Origin: Phormidesmis sp.
GTDB lineage: Bacteria > Cyanobacteriota > Cyanobacteriia > Leptolyngbyales > Leptolyngbyaceae
DNA length: 64,000 nucleotides
Assembly: GCA_965248535.1 (NCBI GenBank)
Contig: CBDFJR010000005.1
Span: 640,001 to 704,000 of the forward strand
Reading direction: 5' to 3'
The notes beneath the pieces were generated by a model. It did no database searches, was not told the origin of the DNA, and worked only from the letters and a program-made list of their open reading frames with translations. The number at the start of each line of letters is the position of its first letter. The first letter of the stretch is position 1. A program made the translations under genes and the position numbers. This document shows positions 21,491 through 31,783 of the stretch, piece by piece.

Positions 21491-23152
21491 TTGGCTGAAT
21501 CTCTGTTCTCTCATGGTGGTGTCATGCCCAAGCGCAGGTCAAAATCATCGCCTTCTGAACCTTCTGAACCCGCTCTTGCTCTGAGTCTCAAAGAAAAATT
21601 AGCGGCTAAACGTCAAGCGGCTCAGACTCGAAAAGACTTGACCAGCTTTTTGGCAATGGCGGCGATCGTCGCGATCGTGGCAGGGCTATTAATGGCGATC
21701 GTGGGAGGCATTAAAGGTGGAGTCGGGGGCGGAGTGGCCATTTTTATGCTGATGTTTTCCTTCAAATATCCCTGGCAAGCCCTCTATGCTTTTTTGATTT
21801 ATATGCCGTTTAGCGGCACGATCACCTACTCGATCGGGGGCAACAATCCCTTATTTCAGCTTGCCAAAGATGGGTTTTACTTCCCCGCGCTGATCGCCGT
21901 GATTCAGCATTGCAAGCGCTATAAGCAGCCGTTTTTGATGCCCAAAGCCTTAAAGCCTGCCTTAGGAATCTTTTTGGCTTACTGCATTTTGGTGCTGCTG
22001 TTTGTGAATGGCTCTCAGCAATTGACGGGCAATGGCTCTGAGAAACCTATATTTATGGGCATCTTGGGCATCAAAGTTTTGCTGGGCTATGTGCCTCTGA
22101 TTCCCTGTGCCTATTATTTGATTAGAAAAAAAGCGGACTTATATCGACTGATGCGAATCACGGCTGTGATCATTTTGATCTGCTGTGGCTTGGCCTTTGT
22201 TCAATACATCCTCCTCAAAACGGGCCGATGTCAGGGCACGATCGGCGAAGGAGCCGCTTTGTTTAAGGCCTCTCTCGAAGCGAGATGTTTTGTGGGTGGA
22301 TCGCTGCTCTATAACGAAGATCAGGGCGTGATTCGGCTCCCTGGCACGTTTGTTGCGCCCTGGCAGTGGGGATGGTTTCTGATCTCTAGTGCCTTTTTTA
22401 GCTTCTCAGTCGCCTTTATGGATCCATCTTTTTTATGGCGCGGAGTCGGGTTAGGCTCAATGGCAGCAACCCTAGTTCTCGCGGTGGTTTCAGGTCAGAG
22501 AATTGCGCTGCTGCTAGTGCCGATCGTGATGGTAATTTTGCTGATTACCACGGGTCAAGTGGTCAATTTGAAGCGATTTATTCCGATCGCGCTGGTGTTG
22601 GGTCTGCTCGTGGGCGGAGTGGTGGTATCAAATCCAACGGTGGTGCAAGAACGCTGGACTAGCGCGGTTGAACGCTGGAACGCTTCGCCGCCTACTGATT
22701 TTATCGCCGGACAGTTTTCTGACTTCTCAGATAATGGCAAGTCAAGCGTTTTGGGCAGGGGGCTGGGGCGAGCGACTAACTCGGCGCGGGCGTTAGGGCA
22801 AACCGCCTTGATTGAAACTTATTATCCCAAGCTGATATTTGAGATCGGCCCGATCGGGGCGTTCTTATTTCTAGCGCTGGTGACGACGTTGACGGTTGCG
22901 ACGTTTAAAGCCTATCGATCGGTGCGTGATAAGAGTCTGCGAGGCTATGGGGCGGCGTTTTGGACGTTTGTGCTCGTGATCAGCTACAACACTTACTATT
23001 ACCCTCTAGATGTCGATCCGGTGGCGGTTTATTATTGGTTTTTTGCTGGGATCGTGTTGAAACTGCCTGTTTTGGATCGGCAAGAGCCAACGGCGATCGT
23101 AGACTCTTCCGCTAAAAAGAAGGCTCGACGAGCGATCGTTCCAGATGCTTAA
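21491..23152 (+). CDS. hpsL: hormogonium polysaccharide biosynthesis membrane protein HpsL-like
   Basis: Polytopic protein with YMPFSGT, RLPGTFVAPWQW, GLGRATNSAR, YNTYYYPLDVDPVAVYYWF; start could be ATG 21524. Confidence 0.75.
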   Translation: MAESLFSHGGVMPKRRSKSSPSEPSEPALALSLKEKLAAKRQAAQTRKDLTSFLAMAAIVAIVAGLLMAIVGGIKGGVGGGVAIFMLMFSFKYPWQALYAFLIYMPFSGTITYSIGGNNPLFQLAKDGFYFPALIAVIQHCKRYKQPFLMPKALKPALGIFLAYCILVLLFVNGSQQLTGNGSEKPIFMGILGIKVLLGYVPLIPCAYYLIRKKADLYRLMRITAVIILICCGLAFVQYILLKTGRCQGTIGEGAALFKASLEARCFVGGSLLYNEDQGVIRLPGTFVAPWQWGWFLISSAFFSFSVAFMDPSFLWRGVGLGSMAATLVLAVVSGQRIALLLVPIVMVILLITTGQVVNLKRFIPIALVLGLLVGGVVVSNPTVVQERWTSAVERWNASPPTDFIAGQFSDFSDNGKSSVLGRGLGRATNSARALGQTALIETYYPKLIFEIGPIGAFLFLALVTTLTVATFKAYRSVRDKSLRGYGAAFWTFVLVISYNTYYYPLDVDPVAVYYWFFAGIVLKLPVLDRQEPTAIVDSSAKKKARRAIVPDA

Positions 23153-23290
23153 GATCGTGGATTAAATGCCCTGGAAAAGTCCTCTGATTGGTCAGCGCCG
23201 AGATGTTAGGGGGCTAAAGCTGACCGAAACGCAGCGACCAAGACGGGTGTGTGCACCGGATGAGTGGGGATAAGTGAGCTATGGGACTTG

Positions 23291-23974
23291 TTAATTGAAA
23301 GACTCAGATTGACCCAACCGGGCGGCGGTGGTTCGCAAGGTTTGCAATCCTTTTAATGAGCCGCGAATCAGGTTTAGGGCGGCGATCGGTTGCCGCATCA
23401 TTGCGATCGCCAGCGGCCACGATCGTAGAGAACCTTCGGGGCTGAGGGCCGCCGACAGATCGGGTAAATCATGATCTAGGTCATCACTGACAACTCTCAG
23501 CATGGCGATCGGGCATCCAGTCAGCGCCAAAACCTCTAAAATCGCTGATCCTTCCATATCCACCACGTCAGCTTGATGACGTGATCCCAAAATTTGCTTT
23601 TCTTGAGCGGATGTGATGATGCGATCGCTCGTAAACGCCCGCACGAGCGAAATATTTTCCTGCAACTGCTGAATTTGAGTCGTCAGGGTGGGATCACACT
23701 CCCAAACGGTGCCCGATTCATCCAAGCAAGTCTGATAGAGCACCCGATCGCCGAGACCTAACAAGGGTGTAAGACTGCCGCACAGGCCCATGACCACAAT
23801 GCCCGACGGGCGAACAGCAGCAAAGGTAGGCGATCGCAGCCACTGGGTTAAAAATTGAGTGACTGGCTTGACCCCGATCGGCAGCGAGATCACTGGGGGT
23901 GGATTTTTGAGGTGCTTTAAACCCTGACAGACGGCTCGATGTTCTGCACCTTGAGGGACGAAGAAAGTCAGCAA
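23291..23974 (-). CDS. nucleoside phosphorylase family protein, HpnG-like
   Basis: VPQGAE, MGLCGSL, VVDMEG, LRVVSDD (PNP/MTAN fold); divergent from the hpn operon; start uncertain (ORF open to 24157). Confidence 0.75.
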   Translation of the reverse strand: MLTFFVPQGAEHRAVCQGLKHLKNPPPVISLPIGVKPVTQFLTQWLRSPTFAAVRPSGIVVMGLCGSLTPLLGLGDRVLYQTCLDESGTVWECDPTLTTQIQQLQENISLVRAFTSDRIITSAQEKQILGSRHQADVVDMEGSAILEVLALTGCPIAMLRVVSDDLDHDLPDLSAALSPEGSLRSWPLAIAMMRQPIAALNLIRGSLKGLQTLRTTAARLGQSESFN

Positions 23975-24133
23975 AAGAGAAACGATGATAGAAAGAACTA
24001 AATCACTAACCTGAGGAAGGTTTGCAGTAGCCTGGATAAGAACCGAAATTATTGACGGTAGAATTACCGTCTGGGTTCGTGAAGCTCTAAAAAACCGCTC
24101 CTGCCTGCCGCATTTACTACCGAACAGTTCAAT

Positions 24134-26740
24134 ATGGTACAGCCAAATCGCAATCATTCCTCACGGGAGCGCTTCAATATTTCTCGACTGGCGATCGCCG
24201 CCCCTTGGCTCACTCTAAGCTTTTGGCTGGCGGTGACGGTGGCGGGCATCTTAGCCTTTAGCTCTCTCAAATATGCGCTGTTTCCTGATATTGCCTTTCC
24301 GGTGGTGGTGGTGAATGCTAGCGCGCCTCTAGCCACTGCCCTTGAGACCGAACGACAACTCACCCAGCCGATCGAGCAGACCCTACGATCGCTGCCCGGT
24401 TTAGATAACAGTCAGTCTTCGACCTATCCCAGTCAGGCGGCGGTGAGCGTGTCGTTTAAAGTCGGGACGAGTCTTGAAACAGCAACTCGCGACGTTGAGA
24501 GGCTGATGAAAACGGTGACGTTGCCCAAAAATGGGACGTTTAAGGTGATCTCGCTGAACTTGAATGAGTCAGCGGCGGTCAGCTATGTGATTGACAGTCC
24601 AGCGCGGAGTTTAGCTGACTTGACCAGCGTTGCAACAGACAAAATTGTGCCTGCGATCGCCAAATTGCCTGGCGTGCTCAAAGTCTCGCTGTTAGGAACT
24701 GGAGGAGCCGCTTCAACGCCCGATCAGCCCTCTGCGACTCCGGCTCAAGCGGGAACCTTGGCGCGATTTAATGGAGCCGATGTGCTGGCATTACAGGTGA
24801 TCAAGCGGGGCGATGCCAACACCCTCGAAGTCGTGAGCGCGGTTGAGACGGCAGTAACACAACTGCGGTCTAGTCAGCCTGGCGTAAATTTAACCCTGGC
24901 CGCGACCCAGGCAGACTATATCCAAAAGGCAACTCAATCGACGATCGATGCGCTAATTGAAGCGATCGCCCTGGCCGTGATTGTGATTTTCCCGTTTTTA
25001 AGAAGCTGGCAGGCAACGCTGATTTCGGCCCTGGCCATTCCCATCTCGCTGCTGGGGACGTTTATCGTCATGGCGATCTTTGGGTTTAACCTAGAGACGA
25101 TTACGCTGCTGGCGCTGGCGCTCGTGATTGGCAGCGTGGTGGATGATGCGATCGTCGATGTCGAAAATATTAGCCGTCACATTGACCAAGGTGAATCCCC
25201 CAAACAAGCTGCTCTGCACGCCACTGACGAAATCGGGCTACCTGTGACGGCTGCGACTTTAACGGCGGTGGCGGTGTTTTTGCCGATCGGGTTAATGGGC
25301 GGCGTGATCGGACAGTTTTTTAAACCCTTTGGGATCACAGTTGCGGCTTCGATGTTGACCTCGCTGCTGGTGGCGCGCACCCTGTCGCCCGTCTTGTCAC
25401 TCTATTTGCTCCGACCGAAGCCTTTAGGCGCTCACAAAACGGGCGCGATTTGGGCTAGGTTTTCGGCGGCTTATGGGCGACTGTTAGCGTGGTCGCTGCG
25501 CCATCGGGCGGCCGTTATCGGAATCGCCCTTTTCAGCTTTGTGGCAGGCATTGCGCTGATTCCGCTAATCCCGCAGGGGTTTATTCCGAAGCTCGATCGG
25601 GGCGAATTCTATGTTCGCTACACGGCTCCGCTGCCTGACCAAACCGCGACTCCCACCAATCCGCTCACAGCATCGCAAGCAGTGGCAAAACAGCTAGAAG
25701 ATCAAGTGCGAAAATCGCCGGATGTTGAAACGGTGTTTACGATCGTCGGCTCCCGCGAAGGAGAACCCAACAAAGGCACTCTCTACGTGAAGTTAAAAAA
25801 TGATCACGCCACCCCCACGGCCAAGCTGCAAGACCAAATCCGGGCAACATTGCCCAATTTAGCAGGGGTGACCACCAGCGTAGAAGATATTCCTTTTGTC
25901 GAGGCGGCTAGTCAAAAGCCTTTGCAGATTGCGATTCAGGGCGAAGATTTGACGGTGCTAAGTCGAGTGGCCAATGACCTGAAAGTCAACGTGCAGAAGC
26001 TCCCCGGTTTTGCTGATGTCACCGTCACGGGGGCAATGGGGGCAGAGATTCAGCAAATTGAGCGCAAAGATGGTCAACGAGTGGTTTATGTCAGCGCTAA
26101 TCTGGGCAAAGACTTGGCGTTAGGGGATGCGACCACGACGATCGTCAAAGAAGCCAAAGCCTTGATTCCGCCCGGAGTCACCCTTGATTTAGGCGGCGAC
26201 TCTGCCACGAGCAGCCAGATTTTTGGCAGTTTTGGGTCTACGTTAGCGTTGTCGGCGCTGTGCATTATTGTGGTTCTAGTAGCATTGTTTCGCAGTTGGG
26301 TCGATCCGCTGGTCGTCGGACTCTCATTACCGTTAGCGTTAGTCGGCGCAATGTTGGCGCTGCTATTCACTCAAAGTGATTTTGGCATGATTTCCCTGAT
26401 CGGTTTTGTGTTTCTCTTGGGATTAACCACTAAGAATGCGATCTTGATTGTGGATTATATTAACCAATTACGGCGAGACGGCTTAGCGCGGACAGAAGCT
26501 ATTCTCAAAGCTGGGCCGATTCGCCTCAGACCGATTTTGATGACGACGGCGGCGACGATTTTAGGCATGGCTCCGATCGCTCTCGGTTTAGGTGCAGGCT
26601 CAGAGTTGCGATCGCCGATGGCCATCTCGATCGCAGGCGGATTGGTCACCTCCACCCTACTCAGTTTGCTGGTTGTTCCGGTTGTCTACACTCTGCTGGA
26701 TGATCTCAAACCCCGTCACCGCGAGGCAAAGAAGTCATGA
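24134..26740 (+). CDS. AcrB/AcrD/AcrF-family RND permease, shortened (868 aa)
   Basis: LFPDIAFP, IGSVVDDAIVDVEN, GQFFKPFG, KNAILIVD, RLRPILMT. Confidence 0.92.
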   Translation: MVQPNRNHSSRERFNISRLAIAAPWLTLSFWLAVTVAGILAFSSLKYALFPDIAFPVVVVNASAPLATALETERQLTQPIEQTLRSLPGLDNSQSSTYPSQAAVSVSFKVGTSLETATRDVERLMKTVTLPKNGTFKVISLNLNESAAVSYVIDSPARSLADLTSVATDKIVPAIAKLPGVLKVSLLGTGGAASTPDQPSATPAQAGTLARFNGADVLALQVIKRGDANTLEVVSAVETAVTQLRSSQPGVNLTLAATQADYIQKATQSTIDALIEAIALAVIVIFPFLRSWQATLISALAIPISLLGTFIVMAIFGFNLETITLLALALVIGSVVDDAIVDVENISRHIDQGESPKQAALHATDEIGLPVTAATLTAVAVFLPIGLMGGVIGQFFKPFGITVAASMLTSLLVARTLSPVLSLYLLRPKPLGAHKTGAIWARFSAAYGRLLAWSLRHRAAVIGIALFSFVAGIALIPLIPQGFIPKLDRGEFYVRYTAPLPDQTATPTNPLTASQAVAKQLEDQVRKSPDVETVFTIVGSREGEPNKGTLYVKLKNDHATPTAKLQDQIRATLPNLAGVTTSVEDIPFVEAASQKPLQIAIQGEDLTVLSRVANDLKVNVQKLPGFADVTVTGAMGAEIQQIERKDGQRVVYVSANLGKDLALGDATTTIVKEAKALIPPGVTLDLGGDSATSSQIFGSFGSTLALSALCIIVVLVALFRSWVDPLVVGLSLPLALVGAMLALLFTQSDFGMISLIGFVFLLGLTTKNAILIVDYINQLRRDGLARTEAILKAGPIRLRPILMTTAATILGMAPIALGLGAGSELRSPMAISIAGGLVTSTLLSLLVVPVVYTLLDDLKPRHREAKKS

Positions 26741-27729
26741 CGAAAGCATTTGTGACGGGCGGAACGGGCTTTGTTGGCGCTAATTTAGTCCGGCTGTTGC
26801 TAAAAGAAGGCTATCAAGTTCGGGCATTGGTGCGACCCGATAGCCGACTCGATAACCTCAACGGACTCGACGTTGAACTTGTTGAAGGTGATTTAACCGA
26901 TCCCGCTTTAGCAGCCCAGATCAAAGGCTGTGAAGTCTTATTTCACGTTGCGGCGCACTATTCGCTGTGGCAGACCGATCGCGATCGCCTCTATCAAGCC
27001 AACGTTTTAGGCACTCGAAATATTCTGGCGGCCGCTCGTCAAGCGGGAATCGAGCGCAGCGTTTACACCAGTTCGGTAGCGGCGATCGGGGTCGGCGATC
27101 GCAGCCAACCTGTTGACGAAACCCACCAATCCCCAGTCGAAACCCTAATCGGACATTACAAAAAATCAAAATATTGGGCAGAGCAAGAAGCCGTCAAAGC
27201 CTATCAAGCCGGGCAAGATGTGGTGATTGTGAATCCCAGCACTCCGATCGGGGCCTGGGATCTCAAACCCACCCCCACTGGAGAAGATCTGATTTTGCGA
27301 ATGCTGCGGCGAAAAATGCCCGCCTATGTCGAGACAGGCTTGAACTTCATTCACGTAGAAGACGTTGCCCAGGGTCATTTGCTGGCATTGCAGAAAGGAA
27401 AAAGCGGCGATCGCTACATTTTAGGTCACCAAAATCTCACGCTGAAACAACTGCTTGACCAACTCAGTCAACTAACCGGACTGCCCGCCCCAACCCGATC
27501 GATTCCGGCATGGATTCCTCTCAGCGTCGCCTGGGTCGATGAACGGATTTTGGCCCCGATCGGCAAACCGCCCAGCCTTGCGATCGATGGCGTGAAGATG
27601 TCTCAACACCCGATGTACTACGATGCAACAAAAGCCGTGCGCGAATTGGGGCTTCCCCAAACCCCCATCTACACCGCTTTAAAAGATGCCGTAGACTGGT
27701 TTGTATCGAAGGGCTATGTGCAACGTTGA
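26737..27729 (+). CDS. hpnA: hopanoid-associated sugar epimerase
   Basis: [42 protein letters not shown]; adjacent to hpnH. Confidence 0.9.
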   Translation: MTKAFVTGGTGFVGANLVRLLLKEGYQVRALVRPDSRLDNLNGLDVELVEGDLTDPALAAQIKGCEVLFHVAAHYSLWQTDRDRLYQANVLGTRNILAAARQAGIERSVYTSSVAAIGVGDRSQPVDETHQSPVETLIGHYKKSKYWAEQEAVKAYQAGQDVVIVNPSTPIGAWDLKPTPTGEDLILRMLRRKMPAYVETGLNFIHVEDVAQGHLLALQKGKSGDRYILGHQNLTLKQLLDQLSQLTGLPAPTRSIPAWIPLSVAWVDERILAPIGKPPSLAIDGVKMSQHPMYYDATKAVRELGLPQTPIYTALKDAVDWFVSKGYVQR

Positions 27730-27746
27730 GGAGAACAGGAAGACTG

Positions 27747-28763
27747 ATGGCAATTCAATTACAGCAAGCGATCGAAGTTGGCAAATATCTCGTGATGCAG
27801 CGTCTCAGAGGGCGCAAGCGCTTTCCATTAACGCTGATGTTAGAGCCACTGTTTCGGTGCAATCTAGCTTGCTCTGGGTGCGGAAAAATTCAACATCCGA
27901 CTGAGATTCTCAAGCAAAACATGACTCCTGAGCAGTGCTTTGCCGCCGTTGAAGAATGCGGTGCGCCTGTGGTGGCGATTCCGGGCGGTGAGCCGCTCTT
28001 GCACCCTCAAATTGACGAAATTGTGCGCGGGTTAGTGGCCCGCAAAAAGTTTGTCTATCTCTGCACCAACGGCATTCTGCTAGAAAAGAGTCTCGCTAAA
28101 TTCACGCCGTCGCCTTATTTGACCTTTAGCATTCACCTCGACGGCTTGCAGGAACTGCACGATAAATGCGTCGATCGTAAGGGCGTGTTTGAAACGGCAA
28201 TCAAAGCGATCAAAGCCGCCAAAGCCAGTGGCTTCCGTGTCACGACCAACACGACGATTTTTGAGGGAACTGACCCCAAAGAGATGCAGGATTTCTTCGA
28301 CTATCTCGACACCCTCAACATCGACGGCATGATGGTGTCTCCGGGCTATAGCTACGAGTGGGCACCCAACCAAGACCATTTTCTCAAGCTCGAACAGACC
28401 AAATCTCTGTTTAGAGAAATCTTAGCCCCGATGAAAACCGGGCAGAAAAAGTGGAATTTTAACCACAATCCGCTATTTCTAGATTTTCTGATTGGCGAAA
28501 AAGACTATGAGTGCACCCCTTGGGGAATGCCCAGCTATAGCGTTCTCGGTTGGCAAAAACCCTGCTATTTGCTCAACGAAGGACACTACACCACTTACAA
28601 GGAACTGCTGGCCAAAACCGACTGGGATCAATACGGTCGCAAGAGCGGCAACCCTAGCTGTGCCGATTGCATGGTGCACTGTGGCTATGAGCCAACCGCC
28701 GCCATGGACTCGATGCAGCCTGAGAATATCGGCCGCTCGATCGGGGCCGTCTTTGGCACCTAA
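27747..28763 (+). CDS. hpnH: adenosyl-hopene transferase (radical SAM)
   Basis: [38 protein letters not shown]. Confidence 0.95.
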   Translation: MAIQLQQAIEVGKYLVMQRLRGRKRFPLTLMLEPLFRCNLACSGCGKIQHPTEILKQNMTPEQCFAAVEECGAPVVAIPGGEPLLHPQIDEIVRGLVARKKFVYLCTNGILLEKSLAKFTPSPYLTFSIHLDGLQELHDKCVDRKGVFETAIKAIKAAKASGFRVTTNTTIFEGTDPKEMQDFFDYLDTLNIDGMMVSPGYSYEWAPNQDHFLKLEQTKSLFREILAPMKTGQKKWNFNHNPLFLDFLIGEKDYECTPWGMPSYSVLGWQKPCYLLNEGHYTTYKELLAKTDWDQYGRKSGNPSCADCMVHCGYEPTAAMDSMQPENIGRSIGAVFGT

Positions 28764-28814
28764 GAAAAAAGGGTGTAGGGTAGAAAGCGTCTTTTTTAAT
28801 GGCATTCACTGCCC

Positions 28815-30470
28815 ATGAAACGGTTTTCTCCCTCGCCTCAACTGCTGCCTTATTTAACGCTGTTGCTCTGGGTGGTGCCCCTCGTGCTGCTCAGAAGCAA
28901 CCAGCAAAGCCTGATGGCCCACGACGAAGGCATCTATGCCACCCAAGCCCGATCGATTGTGCAAACGGGCGATTGGGTCAGCGTGCAGTGGGGCGGCGAA
29001 GCGGGATTTGATCGCACGATCGGGCTTCAGTGGCTGATCGCTGCTTGCTATCTTCTGTTCGGCACGAGTGAAGGAACGGCGCGATTGCCTAGCGCGATCG
29101 CGTTCATCTTCAGCGTGTTGCTAACCTACCGAATCGGCTGTTATCTCTTAAATCCCCGTTTGGCATGGCTAGGGGCGGCCATCTTTAGCGTGACTCCGCT
29201 AGTCGTGCAGTATGGGCGATTGGCAACTCAGGATTCTGTCTTGGTGTTCATTGAGTTATTGGGAATCTGGGCGCTTTTAGAAGCAGGCAATCCTCAACTC
29301 AAGACGCGAAACTCTTTGTGGCTATTGCTGGCAGGCTGTAGCATCGGATGGGGATTTTTGATTAAAGGATTCATGATCATTCCGGCGGCGGTGGCGATCG
29401 GGCCCTACTTAATCGGACAACACTCCCGTCATCGGCATCTCACCAACCCCTGGCTCTATGTGGGATTAGGATTAGGTGCTTTGCCCACGATCGTCTGGCT
29501 GAGAGCGGCGATCGCGCACTACGGCGACAAACCGATCGTAGAACTGTTTGGCAAACTCATTCATCTCAAAGGGCAAACCTATTTAGGAGCCGGGCCGTTT
29601 TATTATCTGTGGAACATTCCTGCTAATGGGTTTCCGTGGGTTTTTTTCGCGCTGGCAGGATTATGGTTAGCCTTCTTTAACCCTGATGTGCGGCAGCTTG
29701 TTAAAGCAAATCACGCCCGCTTGTTGCTGCTCAGCTACCCGATCGTCCTATTCATCGAACTGAATTTATTCGGGACTCGCACCCACTATTACCCGCTTCA
29801 GCTAATGCCCTTTGTGGGATTGTTTGCGGCGATCGCCCTTAATCACCTCGCCAGTCTCTACGCCAACCGTCAACAAGTCCGACTTTTAACGAGTCTAAAC
29901 CTACTTTTGGGTGGCTTCGCAATCAGTCTGATCGCGTTGAGTGGCGCGATTTTGACTCATCTGATCACGATTCCGGGAGTGAAGTCAGAGATTTTGGAGT
30001 TAGGCGCGATCGTGGCTCTCATCGTCGGCTTGGGGTGGCTAACTTTGCCGATCGTTTGGCTCCAACGACATCAGACCGACTTGATAAAATCGTCTCAGCA
30101 ATGGCTAACAGGGCTATTAATCACCGCATGGTTAGGGTTAGCCACGCTGAATCTGACCGGGTTATGGGGCAACTACACGCCCGATCTGAAGACTTTTTTG
30201 CAAACGCCTCACGTTGCAGAGGCTCTCAATTCCCATCCTGTCAACTTTGTGGTCAACGAAGATCAGTTGGGTCGCGACGATCGTAAAACTTATTTGCTGC
30301 TCAACTTTTACACCCCACAGCTAGGGCAAACTCTGACTCAACTCGCCGCACTGCAACCCGGTGAATTTGCCTGGCTCGACTCTAGTCACGCGATTCAGCC
30401 GACTCAAGCCGCCGTGATTGGCTCGTTTCAGACCTGGCAACTCGTCAAGAAACCGAAATCGGCAACTTGA
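28815..30470 (+). CDS. ArnT/PMT-like (GT-C) membrane glycosyltransferase
   Basis: AHDEGIYA, ARLPSA, GRLATQD, GFLIKG; many TMs. Confidence 0.85.
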   Translation: MKRFSPSPQLLPYLTLLLWVVPLVLLRSNQQSLMAHDEGIYATQARSIVQTGDWVSVQWGGEAGFDRTIGLQWLIAACYLLFGTSEGTARLPSAIAFIFSVLLTYRIGCYLLNPRLAWLGAAIFSVTPLVVQYGRLATQDSVLVFIELLGIWALLEAGNPQLKTRNSLWLLLAGCSIGWGFLIKGFMIIPAAVAIGPYLIGQHSRHRHLTNPWLYVGLGLGALPTIVWLRAAIAHYGDKPIVELFGKLIHLKGQTYLGAGPFYYLWNIPANGFPWVFFALAGLWLAFFNPDVRQLVKANHARLLLLSYPIVLFIELNLFGTRTHYYPLQLMPFVGLFAAIALNHLASLYANRQQVRLLTSLNLLLGGFAISLIALSGAILTHLITIPGVKSEILELGAIVALIVGLGWLTLPIVWLQRHQTDLIKSSQQWLTGLLITAWLGLATLNLTGLWGNYTPDLKTFLQTPHVAEALNSHPVNFVVNEDQLGRDDRKTYLLLNFYTPQLGQTLTQLAALQPGEFAWLDSSHAIQPTQAAVIGSFQTWQLVKKPKSAT

Positions 30471-31677
30471 CAATCACGATCGTGCCTTGATTGACCTGAC
30501 TCTGGATCGTGATTTGACCCTTGTGAAGATCGACACATTGACGCACGATCGCCAACCCCAGCCCGGTTCCCGGAATCGTATCGACGTTGGTCGCTCGATG
30601 AAACGACTCAAACAAGTGCGGAAAATCTTCAACCGGAATGCCAATGCCGTGATCTTGCACCTGAAACCGCACAAACCCCGGATCGTCCGCCGCAGGGCAC
30701 TGCACATCTAAATCAATGCTGCTGCCCCGATGCGAAAATTTGACGGCATTGCTGAGAAGATTGGTCAAAATCAGCGTCAAAAGCTGGGCATCTAGATCCA
30801 CCTCACTCTCACAGGTGCTTGCAAACTGCCACCGCACAGATGGAGAACTCTCTAAGCCTAAGCCCAGGTCAGTCAGCAAATCACTGCAAAACTGATGCAA
30901 ATTTAAACGAGCGGGGTGAAAGTCTAACGCGCCAGAATTGACTTTGCCTAGAGTCAGCATATCGGTCAAAATCGTCGTCATCGATCGCACCGCTTGCCGG
31001 ATCTTCTGCAAATAAGTCACGCGCCGCTCTTCAGAGCATTGGCTCCCCATGCGCTCAAGCAACTCAGCCGAAGTCATCACGATCGCTAACGGGGTGCGAA
31101 ACTCGTGAGACGTGGTAGTGATAAAGCGTGATTTGAGATCGCTAAATTCCTGTTCTTTGGCTAACGCTCGCAGCGCCTCTGCCTGGGCGCGCTGTCGCTC
31201 GGTCACCTCAGTCTGCAACTGGCGATGGGCTTGCTCTAAGTCAGCCATGCACTGATGGACTCGTGACTCTAGCGCTTTGTTGAGCCGTTGCAGATGAGAC
31301 TGCGTTTGATGATGGTCAAGGGCCATCGCGATCGTGTTGTATAGCTCGATCGAGTCAAACGGCTTGAGAATATAGCCATAGGGTGAAGTTTGCTGGGCCT
31401 GCTGCAACGTGTCACAGTCGTTATAAGCTGTCAAATAGACCACGGGCACGTCAAACTGTGCGCGAATTTCTTGAGCGACCTTGACCCCGCTCTGATTATC
31501 TTTAAGTCGAATATCGAGCAAAATGAGATCGGGTGACGTGGCTCTCACCAGCGCCAGCGCAGTCTGATGAGAGTCGGCAACCCCCGCCACATGATAGTCA
31601 GCCGCCTCTAAACGCATTTGAATGTTGAGCGCAACAATGCTTTCATCCTCGACGATCAGAATCTTTTTGCCTGTCAT
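30445..31677 (-). CDS. cytoplasmic REC-histidine kinase hybrid
   Basis: ILIVEDE, LLDIRL, YILKPF; SHEFRTPL, LLSNAVKFS, DHGIGI, GTGLGL. Confidence 0.93.
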   Translation of the reverse strand: MTGKKILIVEDESIVALNIQMRLEAADYHVAGVADSHQTALALVRATSPDLILLDIRLKDNQSGVKVAQEIRAQFDVPVVYLTAYNDCDTLQQAQQTSPYGYILKPFDSIELYNTIAMALDHHQTQSHLQRLNKALESRVHQCMADLEQAHRQLQTEVTERQRAQAEALRALAKEQEFSDLKSRFITTTSHEFRTPLAIVMTSAELLERMGSQCSEERRVTYLQKIRQAVRSMTTILTDMLTLGKVNSGALDFHPARLNLHQFCSDLLTDLGLGLESSPSVRWQFASTCESEVDLDAQLLTLILTNLLSNAVKFSHRGSSIDLDVQCPAADDPGFVRFQVQDHGIGIPVEDFPHLFESFHRATNVDTIPGTGLGLAIVRQCVDLHKGQITIQSQVNQGTIVIVKLPISVS

Positions 31678-31783
31678 AGAGAGTGCTTGATAGGGTTAAA
31701 CGTTTCGTCTCTTGAAGGCAGAGGACAGAAATAAGCGGGTCTAGATCCTCCCCTTGCGATCGCGACTTCTTCTTAAACTGCAT

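Noticed and set aside
23184..23250. Hammerhead-ribozyme-like pattern CTGATT-GGTCAGC...GCTGACC-GAAAC
   Set aside because: Core is CUGAUU rather than CUGANGA, the putative cleavage base would be G, and no stem I forms; probably a simple hairpin between convergent genes
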